The notes beneath the pieces were generated by a model. The model was not told where the DNA came from and did not search any database. It was given only the letters and a program-made list of their open reading frames with translations. The position numbers and the translations under genes were made by a program. Shown here piece after piece: positions 28,561-36,226 of a stretch of 64,000 nt of DNA. The first letter of the stretch is position 1. The number at the start of each line of letters is the position of its first letter. Where the stretch lies: the NCBI GenBank assembly GCA_017555695.1, contig JAFZFX010000005.1, positions 2,855 through 66,854 on the forward strand. Reading direction: 5' to 3'. This stretch comes from Alistipes sp. GTDB taxonomy: Bacteria; Bacteroidota; Bacteroidia; Bacteroidales; Rikenellaceae.

Positions 28561-29838
28561 ATGATGGATTTTTTGTTGCGTCCGTTGCGACGCAATTTTG
28601 GCAAAGATAAGAAGTTTTACGCCGCTATCGACGATATGTTTGGCTTCATTCCTCACAATATCGAGTTGTATAAGTTGGCGCTTATTCACAAGTCAGCATC
28701 AGTAGTTCTTGAGGATGGCCGCCATATCAACAACGAGCGTCTGGAGTTTTTGGGTGATGCTGTGTTGGAGTGCGTGTCGTCAGACTACCTTTTCATTGAG
28801 TTTCCCGACAAGAACGAGGGCTTTTTGACGCAGTTGCGCTCGAAGATGGTGTCGCGTCAGACTCTGAACGAGGTGGCAAAGCGCATCGGTTTGGATGACT
28901 ATGTGATTACACACTCGTCGAACAATCTCTCGCAGAAACATATCTATGGTGATGCATTCGAGGCTATGATGGGTGCAATCTATCTCGACCAGGGTTACGA
29001 TTTTGTGAATCGTCTGCTGATTAACCGCATCTTTGTCGATTATATCAAGGTGGCAACACTGTTGGAGTCGGAGACTGACTTCAAGAGCCGTCTGATTGAG
29101 TGGTGCCAGAAGAATCATCACACAATTCATTTTGCAACTACGCACGATAAGACATATTCGAGCAATCATCCGTTCTTCTATAGTAAAGTCCTGATTGACA
29201 ATATGGAGGTCGGCTATGGTGCTGGTGACTCGAAGAAGGAGGCCGAGCAGCGTGCTGCACACTCTGTGTCGTTGGGTGTGAGTGATGAGGACTGCGCAAA
29301 GTTGCTCGATAAGTTGGATAATATAGACTCTGTGCGCGCTCCTAAGTCTAAGACAGAGCATCAGCCCAAGGCGGAGCAGAAACCAAAACCTCAGCCCAAG
29401 CCACAGCCTAAGGCCGAGGTGAAAGCAGAGCCGAAGTCTGAGCCTAAAACGGAGCCAAAGGCTGAGCCGAAAGTAGAAGTGGTGGCCGAGAATAAACCCG
29501 AACAGCAGGAGGAGTCTGCAGAGCGTAAGAGTACGCGTGCGCCTCGCAGAAGAAGAGTGGCAAAGAGTGTCGCTCCTGCAGTGGATAGTGCTGTAGAGCA
29601 GAAGAGTGAGGAGGTTTCTACACCTACACCCGCGGTCGCGCAGGAAGATGCGACATCTACGCCCGAAAAAGCATCTGAAAAGTCATCTGAAAAGGTTGCT
29701 GCAAAGCCCGCACAAAGACGCTCGTCTCGTCGCCGAAATGGCAATAAGGAGGCTACTGCTGGTACTGCGGAGACAACAACAGCTGAGCCTAAAAAGCGTC
29801 AGCCAAAGGCTGTTGAGGCCGAGCAGGTAGGCGAGTAG
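28561..29838 (+). CDS. rnc: Ribonuclease III with a long low-complexity C-terminal extension
   Basis: NERLEFLGDAVL, GDAFEA, dsRBD DFKSRLIEW...G.SKKEAEQ.AA; follows acpP-fabF. Confidence 0.95.
   Translation: MMDFLLRPLRRNFGKDKKFYAAIDDMFGFIPHNIELYKLALIHKSASVVLEDGRHINNERLEFLGDAVLECVSSDYLFIEFPDKNEGFLTQLRSKMVSRQTLNEVAKRIGLDDYVITHSSNNLSQKHIYGDAFEAMMGAIYLDQGYDFVNRLLINRIFVDYIKVATLLESETDFKSRLIEWCQKNHHTIHFATTHDKTYSSNHPFFYSKVLIDNMEVGYGAGDSKKEAEQRAAHSVSLGVSDEDCAKLLDKLDNIDSVRAPKSKTEHQPKAEQKPKPQPKPQPKAEVKAEPKSEPKTEPKAEPKVEVVAENKPEQQEESAERKSTRAPRRRRVAKSVAPAVDSAVEQKSEEVSTPTPAVAQEDATSTPEKASEKSSEKVAAKPAQRRSSRRRNGNKEATAGTAETTTAEPKKRQPKAVEAEQVGE
29362..29472 (+). repeat. Degenerate 12-nt coding tandem repeat (PQPK / xEPK)
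   Basis: QPKAEQKPKPQPKPQPKAEVKAEPKSEPKTEPKAEPK. Confidence 0.75.
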
Positions 29839-29921
29839 CAGAGTCTGATGTGGCAGGGTTGCGGTAATGTTGATTATTGCGTAACCTAATGTAATGCAAT
29901 TAGTTGCAAATTAAATAAAAT

Positions 29922-30572
29922 ATGAAAAATCTGCACGATAAACTTTCCTCACGAGGTGCTACATCGCTCACGGACGAGGAGTTGCTGGCACTGTTGGTGG
30001 AGTCGGCCGATGATAGGCGCGATGCCCGCGAGGTGGCGGCATCTATCATCGCACAGAGTGGCTCTTTGGCCTCTGTTGCGCGTCAGGAACTCAGCCGTCT
30101 GCGTATGGTCGAGGGTTTGGGTTTGCGTCGTGCCGAACGACTGCTGTTGGCGGCAGAGTTTGGTCGCAGAGTGGCTATCGCGACATCGTCTGATGTGGAG
30201 TCTGTTTCGACCGATGTCGATGTCGTCAGATTGATGCGCCCCCATCTGGATAGCATCAGCCACGAGGAGTGCTGGGTATTGTATCTCACCTCGTCGAATC
30301 GTCTGCTGGAGCGTCAGCGAGTGAGCCAGGGCGGAGTGCAGGCTACGGTCGTAGACCATCGTCTGGTGGTGAAGCGTGCGTTGGAGCTGCTTGCTACGCA
30401 GATTATCTTGGTGCATAATCACCCCTCGGGTGCGGCAGAGCCGAGTGTGGCCGACAAGCAACTCACGCAGCGCATAAGCGAGGCTGCAGCGTTGTTTGAT
30501 ATTCGTCTGTTGGATCACATCATCATCTCGGGTGAGGGTCATTTTTCGTTCAGGCGTTCTGCTCTGTTGTAG
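29922..30572 (+). CDS. radC: RadC (UPF0758) JAB-domain protein
   Basis: LTDEELLA, HEECW, HNHPSG..PS.AD, LLDHIII. Confidence 0.93.
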   Translation: MKNLHDKLSSRGATSLTDEELLALLVESADDRRDAREVAASIIAQSGSLASVARQELSRLRMVEGLGLRRAERLLLAAEFGRRVAIATSSDVESVSTDVDVVRLMRPHLDSISHEECWVLYLTSSNRLLERQRVSQGGVQATVVDHRLVVKRALELLATQIILVHNHPSGAAEPSVADKQLTQRISEAAALFDIRLLDHIIISGEGHFSFRRSALL

Positions 30573-30590
30573 GCGAAAAATCATATTTTC

Positions 30591-30644
30591 ATAATAAACA
30601 CCTCTGAATAGGGCCTCAAAAGGTTCTGTTGGAGGTGTTGTTGT
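30591..30644 (+). other. Long imperfect RNA hairpin 3' of rnc-radC
   Basis: AACACCTCT.AATAGGGCCT-CAAA-AGGTTCTGTT.GGAGGTGTT, extendable to ~24 bp; G-U pairs work on the + strand only. Confidence 0.55.
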
Positions 30645-30688
30645 GTAAAAAAACGATTGTAAATGAGTGATGTTTGTCGAAAAAGTCG

Positions 30689-30696
30689 TATATTTG
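30689..30696 (+). promoter_or_regulatory. -7 element for glyQS
   Basis: TATATTTG ~35 nt before the ATG. Confidence 0.6.
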
Positions 30697-30730
30697 CCAA
30701 TTATAAGAATACATAAAAAAGTTAATAGAT

Positions 30731-32275
30731 ATGACACAAGAGGAGTTGTTCAAAAAGCTTATCGCGCACTGTAAGGAGTATGGTTTTATCTTCCCTTCAA
30801 GCGAGATTTATGATGGTCTGGGCGCAGTCTATGATTATGGCCAGAATGGTGTAGAATTGAAGAATAACATCAAGCGCTACTGGTGGGATTCAATGGTGAA
30901 ACTCAACGAGAACATCGTTGGTATCGATGCCGCTATCTTTATGCATCCCCGCACTTGGGAGGCATCAGGTCATGTGGCTGCTTTCAACGACCCTCTGATT
31001 GACAATAAGGACTCAAAGAAGCGTTATCGTGCTGATGTGCTCATCGAGGATTGGATGGCAAAGCAGGACGAGAAGATTCAGAAGGAGGTTGAGAAGGCTC
31101 GCAAGCGTTTTGGCGAGGCTTTCGACGAGGAGCAGTATCGTGCAACATCACCCCGCGTGGCTGATATCGTGGCTAAGCGTGATGCTATTCACAAGCGTTT
31201 TGCTGATGCTCTGAACGATAACAACCTCGAGGAGTTGAAGCAGATTATTCTCGATTGCGAGGTTGTTTGCCCCATCTCTGGTACTCGTAACTGGACCGAT
31301 GTACGCCAGTTTAACCTGATGTTCTCTACACAGATGGGTTCTACTGCCGAGGGTGCTAACACAATCTACCTCCGTCCCGAGACAGCTCAGGGTATCTTTG
31401 TGAACTACTTGAATGTTCAGAAGACTGGTCGCATGAAATTGCCCTTCGGTATCGCACAGATCGGTAAGGCTTTCCGTAACGAGATCGTAGCTCGTCAGTT
31501 CATTTTCCGTATGCGCGAGTTCGAGCAGATGGAGATGCAGTTCTTCGTACAGCCCGGCACAGAGATGGAGTGGTGGAACAAGTGGAAGGAGACTCGTATG
31601 GCTTGGCACCGCGCTTTGGGCTTTGGTGATGATAACTACCGTTTCCACGATCACGATAAGTTGGCTCACTATGCTAACGCTGCTACCGATGTTGAGTTTA
31701 ACTTCCCGTTCGGCTTTAAGGAGGTTGAGGGTATTCACTCTCGTACAGACTTCGACTTGGGTCGTCACCAGGAGTACTCTGGTAAGAAGATTCAGTACTT
31801 CGACGCAGAGCGTGGCGAGAGCTATGTTCCCTATGTTGTCGAGACTTCAATCGGCGTAGACCGTATGTTCTTGCAGATTATGTCGGCTGCATATACTGAG
31901 GAGAAGTTGGAGAACGGCGAGGAGCGCGTAGTATTGCGTATCCCTGCAGCTTTGGCTCCTACGAAGGTTGCCGTTATGCCTTTGGTTAAGAAGGATGGTC
32001 TGCCCGATGTAGCACGCCAGATTATCGACGACTTGAAGTATGACTATGTTGTAGCATACGATGAGAAGGACTCTATCGGTAAGCGTTACCGTCGTCAGGA
32101 CGCTGTTGGTACTCCTTTCTGTGTAACCGTTGACCACCAGACTTTGGAGGATGGCACTGTTACAGTTCGTCACCGCGATACAATGCAGCAGGAGCGCATC
32201 AAGATTGAGGCTTTGCGTCAGATGGTTGATGACGAGGTATCATTCCGCAAGTTGTTCCAGAAGATTAAGGCATAA
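30731..32275 (+). CDS. glyQS: Glycine--tRNA ligase (homodimeric class IIa type)
   Basis: LRPETAQGIF, IGKAFRNEI, FRMREFEQME, SIGKRYRRQD. Confidence 0.97.
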   Translation: MTQEELFKKLIAHCKEYGFIFPSSEIYDGLGAVYDYGQNGVELKNNIKRYWWDSMVKLNENIVGIDAAIFMHPRTWEASGHVAAFNDPLIDNKDSKKRYRADVLIEDWMAKQDEKIQKEVEKARKRFGEAFDEEQYRATSPRVADIVAKRDAIHKRFADALNDNNLEELKQIILDCEVVCPISGTRNWTDVRQFNLMFSTQMGSTAEGANTIYLRPETAQGIFVNYLNVQKTGRMKLPFGIAQIGKAFRNEIVARQFIFRMREFEQMEMQFFVQPGTEMEWWNKWKETRMAWHRALGFGDDNYRFHDHDKLAHYANAATDVEFNFPFGFKEVEGIHSRTDFDLGRHQEYSGKKIQYFDAERGESYVPYVVETSIGVDRMFLQIMSAAYTEEKLENGEERVVLRIPAALAPTKVAVMPLVKKDGLPDVARQIIDDLKYDYVVAYDEKDSIGKRYRRQDAVGTPFCVTVDHQTLEDGTVTVRHRDTMQQERIKIEALRQMVDDEVSFRKLFQKIKA

Positions 32276-32280
32276 AGTCG

Positions 32281-32727
32281 ATGGGTAGAATACTCTCCAT
32301 TGACTATGGTACTAAACGCACGGGGTTGGCAGTGACCGACCCTTTGCGTATTATAGCGAGTGCGTTGGACACGGTCGAGACCAAGCAACTTGAAAAGTAT
32401 CTGGCAGACTATTTTTCGAAGAACGAGGTAGATATAATAGTCTTGGGTAAGCCTTCGCAGATGAATGGCCAGCCGTCGGAGACTATGCGCTACATCGAGC
32501 CTTTGGCAGGTCGTCTGCGCCACGCATACCCCGACAAGAAGGTTGTGCTCTATGACGAGCGTTTCACTTCGGTGATGGCACATCGTACGATGCTTGAGAG
32601 TGGCATAGGCAAGATGGCTCGCCGCGATAAAGCCTTGGTGGACCGTATATCGGCTACGATAATACTGCAGTCGTATATGGAATCGATAGAGTACAATGCC
32701 GATAGGTTCAATGAGGTGTTCAAATAA
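32281..32727 (+). CDS. ruvX: YqgF/RuvX pre-16S rRNA nuclease
   Basis: IDYGTKRTGLAVTD, DERFTS, VD.ISA.IILQ. Confidence 0.95.
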   Translation: MGRILSIDYGTKRTGLAVTDPLRIIASALDTVETKQLEKYLADYFSKNEVDIIVLGKPSQMNGQPSETMRYIEPLAGRLRHAYPDKKVVLYDERFTSVMAHRTMLESGIGKMARRDKALVDRISATIILQSYMESIEYNADRFNEVFK

Positions 32728-32746
32728 TGATGTAAAATATTGAGTT

Positions 32747-33292
32747 ATGATATATCCAATAGTGATTTACGGTTCGCAGACACTGCGAAACAAATCTGAG
32801 AATATTACACCAGAGTATCCTGAGCTGAAGAAGCTTATCGACGATATGTTCCTTACTCTCGATGAGGCTTCGGGTGTTGGTCTGGCAGCTCCGCAGATTG
32901 GCAAGAATATCCGCTTGTTCATTGTGGATTGTACGCCTTGGGCTGACGATGAGCCCGAGTTGGCTGATTACCGCAAGGTCTTTATCAATGCCGAGATTTA
33001 CGAACATTCAGAGGAGACCGACCTCTTCAATGAGGGTTGTCTGTCGTTGCCGGGTCTGCACGAGGATGTGCGCCGTCCGATAGCAATTAGGATGCGTTGG
33101 CTGGATGAGAATTTCGAGGAGCACGACGAACTTATTGAGGGTCTGCCTGCTCGAGTTATTCAGCACGAGTACGACCACCTGGAGGGCAAAATCTTTACTG
33201 ACCGCCTTACTCCGTTGCGTCGTAACCTGCTCAAGAGCAAGATGATAAAGTTGTCTAACGGTAAATATCGTTGTGCTTATAAAACAAAGTAA
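32747..33292 (+). CDS. def: Peptide deformylase
   Basis: GVGLAAPQIG, EGCLS, QHEYDHLEG. Confidence 0.97.
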   Translation: MIYPIVIYGSQTLRNKSENITPEYPELKKLIDDMFLTLDEASGVGLAAPQIGKNIRLFIVDCTPWADDEPELADYRKVFINAEIYEHSEETDLFNEGCLSLPGLHEDVRRPIAIRMRWLDENFEEHDELIEGLPARVIQHEYDHLEGKIFTDRLTPLRRNLLKSKMIKLSNGKYRCAYKTK

Positions 33293-33297
33293 TTCAT

Positions 33298-33331
33298 AAG
33301 AGGTTGTTATGTTATATAGCAACCTCTTTTT
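33298..33331 (+). terminator. Intrinsic terminator after def
   Basis: AAGAGGTTGTTAT/ATAGCAACCTCTT followed by TTT. Confidence 0.75.
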
Positions 33332-33365
33332 GTTTATATTTTACTAACCTAAAACCATTAAAACT

Positions 33366-33473
33366 ATGAAGAAAGAGTATCTGCCGCCCGTAATCGAAAT
33401 CGAAGAGGTCGTAATTGAGAAGGGATTTGCAAATAGCAATCCGATAAGTGAATGGAATCAAGATGTCTTGTAA
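33366..33473 (+). CDS. Small 35-aa peptide MKKEYLPPVIEIEEVVIEKGFANSNPISEWNQDVL (absent from the ORF track)
   Basis: Read by hand: ATG 33366, TAA 33471-73; A-rich Bacteroidetes-type start context (CCATTAAAACT-ATG); ends 13 nt before the fimbrillin-like gene. Confidence 0.7.
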   Translation: MKKEYLPPVIEIEEVVIEKGFANSNPISEWNQDVL

Positions 33474-33486
33474 AGGGTTGTGAGCT

Positions 33487-34839
33487 ATGAAATGGATTAC
33501 AAAATTTAGTGCCCTCGGTGTTGTTGCTGCGCTTGCACTTGTGGCTTGCCAAAAGGATAATGTATCTTATCCTAAATTGCAGAAAGGTATCTCGATAACC
33601 GCCTCTACTTCGTCTTCGGTGCGTACTACATTTGACGGTCAGGCTACAAAGTGGGCTGCTGGCGATGAGATGTGCGTGTTGATTGAAGGCAATAACTATT
33701 CGACTCCGACTCCGCATCTATTCACACTGACTGATGCCGCTACTAACCAATTTACTAACGCTACGGCGGGGGTGGACTACGAGTTAGAGTATGACTTCTA
33801 TGCGGTCTATTCATCTGACGAAGTGACTATCAATGAGGGGACAACTGTAACTGTCCAGATTGGTGCGGCAACGCAGACTCAGGCGGGTAGTGACCCCAAC
33901 CACATCGCGGCGCTTGACCCGCTGACGGGATGTACTTTGGCGACGAAGCCTAACGAGGTGGGCATCGAGATGAATCATAACGCAGCGGTGTTGGCTGTGG
34001 CGATTCGTAACAATGCACCTATGACGGGCATACAGAGCTTGCAGATTGAGGCCGAGGAGGGCATAACACTCTACGGCAAGTTCGATATTGACATTGCTGA
34101 CGGAGCTATCTCTGGTGGCATTGATACAGGCCGCAGTGTGGTCGTTGAGGTTGAGGATTCTGGTGTTGTGGCTACGGACGAAGAGTTTATCGTATATGCT
34201 GCGATTGCTCCGTGTCAGCTGGCCGCGAACTCGACGCTGAAGTTCACTGTCACCGAGAGTAATGGCACGGTATATGAACTTGTCAAGGAGTTTCCCAATG
34301 GCCGAACAATCAGCGCTGGCGACTTGCTGTCTACGACTCTGAATATGTCGGCTGCAAACACTACGACATATAATATACTCTTTACGAGTGGCAATATCCC
34401 TGCAGGATTCCCTGCTAATGACGATGATTCGGTAAAGGATGCAACTACCTATTTCTCGTTCAATGGCGTGACATTGGGCTTTAATTGTAAGGGAGGCTAC
34501 TCAACGAGCAACACTACGGATGATTATTTAATCTTCAATACAACGAGCAAGAGTGGTGCAATGATTGTTATTCCGAAGTTGGATGGTTGCACTTTAGCTG
34601 AAGCTACATTACTGAACGATATTACCGGCAAGCATAGAGCCTCGCTCTATAATGCTGATGGCATAGTGAAGATTGTAGGCGGCACGGGCAATCCCGTAGA
34701 TAGCAAAAAACTTGCATCCGATGCCACAATTCTCAGTCCCACAACGACTGCAGATGTGGACTACATTTATGTCTACAATGATTCATCTACAAATCCGTAC
34801 AGATGTCAAGGCCTGTGCCTAAAGTATGTAAAGCAGTAG
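33487..34839 (+). CDS. Fimbrillin-like (type V pilin / Mfa1-like) lipoprotein
   Basis: Lipobox LVAC; VRTTFDG..TKW..GD and FYAVY motifs typical of Bacteroidetes fimbrillins; beta-rich. Confidence 0.75.
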   Translation: MKWITKFSALGVVAALALVACQKDNVSYPKLQKGISITASTSSSVRTTFDGQATKWAAGDEMCVLIEGNNYSTPTPHLFTLTDAATNQFTNATAGVDYELEYDFYAVYSSDEVTINEGTTVTVQIGAATQTQAGSDPNHIAALDPLTGCTLATKPNEVGIEMNHNAAVLAVAIRNNAPMTGIQSLQIEAEEGITLYGKFDIDIADGAISGGIDTGRSVVVEVEDSGVVATDEEFIVYAAIAPCQLAANSTLKFTVTESNGTVYELVKEFPNGRTISAGDLLSTTLNMSAANTTTYNILFTSGNIPAGFPANDDDSVKDATTYFSFNGVTLGFNCKGGYSTSNTTDDYLIFNTTSKSGAMIVIPKLDGCTLAEATLLNDITGKHRASLYNADGIVKIVGGTGNPVDSKKLASDATILSPTTTADVDYIYVYNDSSTNPYRCQGLCLKYVKQ

Positions 34840-34863
34840 TTGTAATGTGTAGCTAATTGCATG

Positions 34864-34895
34864 AGCCTACTCGCCTTCTGGCGGGTAGGCTTTTT
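34864..34895 (+). terminator. Intrinsic terminator
   Basis: AGCCTACTCGCC-TTCT-GGCGGGTAGGCT followed by TTTT. Confidence 0.85.
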
Positions 34896-34980
34896 GTTAG
34901 GATAATCAAATACTTATTCAGCAGAATATTACAATAAAATTTGTTTCACAGCGTTTGTATGGCAGTCCAATAATGTGTGT

Positions 34981-36171
34981 ATGAAGAATCTGGTTTTGTT
35001 TTCAGTTGTAGTTATGTCGTTTGTGGCATGTAGAAATAACTCGCGATTTTGTCTTGATGGGACAATCCTAAATGCTAACGATGGAGAGATGATTTGTCTG
35101 TTATATCCTATTAAGCGTGGCAATATTTGGTACAAACAGTGTGATACAACCTATGTGGACAAAGGGAAATTCTATTTCAAGGGTTTGGTGGACGATATTA
35201 CGCCAGCATCGTTAGTGTTTGAAAATATGGATGAAGTAGAACTGTTTATTGGTCCTACTGATATGACTTTTTCTGCAGAACGCAGTACTATGTATGATTA
35301 TTCGATTCGAGGGTTGTGTATAGATGACGAAATAGATGATTATAGAGAGTATTTCGCAGAACATAATAGGGAAATTTACAAAAGAACATTTCTGCTACAG
35401 CGCAAAAACGAGGAGATGATGGTGGCATTTAATGCTGGCGCAAAAAACGCTAATGATATTCAAGTAGAATTTCATCAACTTTTATCAGAGTATAAAAAGA
35501 AGTATGAGGAATGGCCTAAAATGGCTATGGAATTTATTGCTAATAACCCCAATTATTTTATTGTCCCACATATTATTAGAACACTTGTTCGTTTAGACTA
35601 TGATGGCGCAACGATTGAATCATTGCGCGATAATCTTCTGCAGGAGCAACAGCAAAGTGTATTAGGAGAACTTATGGCAATACACGGTGATATTGCTAAA
35701 TCATATAATGGAGTAGTTGGTAGCAAAGCGCTTAATTTTACATTGCGTAGTGCTGATAATGGCGTAGTGTCTCTTTCGGATAGATATGCAAAAGGTTATG
35801 TGTTATTAGATTTTTGGGCAAGTTGGTGTCGCTCTTGTATATCAGAAATACCAACTATTAAGTCTCTGTACGATAAGTTGTCTGATATAATGCAAATACT
35901 CAGTATTTCGATAGATCAAGATGAAACGCAATGGCACAATGCTGTGGCGAAACACAACCTTATGCAATGGACTCAATTGATTGCAGATAGGGCTAATGAT
36001 GTTGATAAATATTACTTTGTTGAGCAAGCTGACATATCTACTGCATACGGAGTGGAGCAAATACCTTGTTTTATCCTTATAGATAATAGCGGGACTATAA
36101 TCGGCCGCTGGTCACATCTAACTCACGATGTCATAAAAGAGATTGAACAGATAGTTAGTGCCAACAACTAA
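34981..36171 (+). CDS. TlpA/ResA-type thiol:disulfide oxidoreductase lipoprotein (DUF4369 + redoxin)
   Basis: Lipobox FVAC; LLDFWASWCRSC; YGVEQIP cis-Pro motif; AT-rich. Confidence 0.88.
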   Translation: MKNLVLFSVVVMSFVACRNNSRFCLDGTILNANDGEMICLLYPIKRGNIWYKQCDTTYVDKGKFYFKGLVDDITPASLVFENMDEVELFIGPTDMTFSAERSTMYDYSIRGLCIDDEIDDYREYFAEHNREIYKRTFLLQRKNEEMMVAFNAGAKNANDIQVEFHQLLSEYKKKYEEWPKMAMEFIANNPNYFIVPHIIRTLVRLDYDGATIESLRDNLLQEQQQSVLGELMAIHGDIAKSYNGVVGSKALNFTLRSADNGVVSLSDRYAKGYVLLDFWASWCRSCISEIPTIKSLYDKLSDIMQILSISIDQDETQWHNAVAKHNLMQWTQLIADRANDVDKYYFVEQADISTAYGVEQIPCFILIDNSGTIIGRWSHLTHDVIKEIEQIVSANN

Positions 36172-36179
36172 CCAAACCC

Positions 36180-36209
36180 CACAGCCCGACACGGAATTGT
36201 CGGGCTGTG
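36180..36209. terminator. Hairpin between convergent tlpA-like gene and glgB
   Basis: Perfect 12-bp stem CACAGCCCGACA/TGTCGGGCTGTG. Confidence 0.65.
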
Positions 36210-36226
36210 TGTTATTGCGACCATCG

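Noticed and set aside
29922-30572. radC as a marker of a mobile element
   Set aside because: Full-length chromosomal type with core codon usage between rnc and glyQS; no integrase or att sites seen
30573-30730. T-box or glycine riboswitch upstream of glyQS
   Set aside because: No T-box consensus; the -7 element at 30689 leaves only a ~30-nt leader, so the hairpin belongs to the upstream transcript
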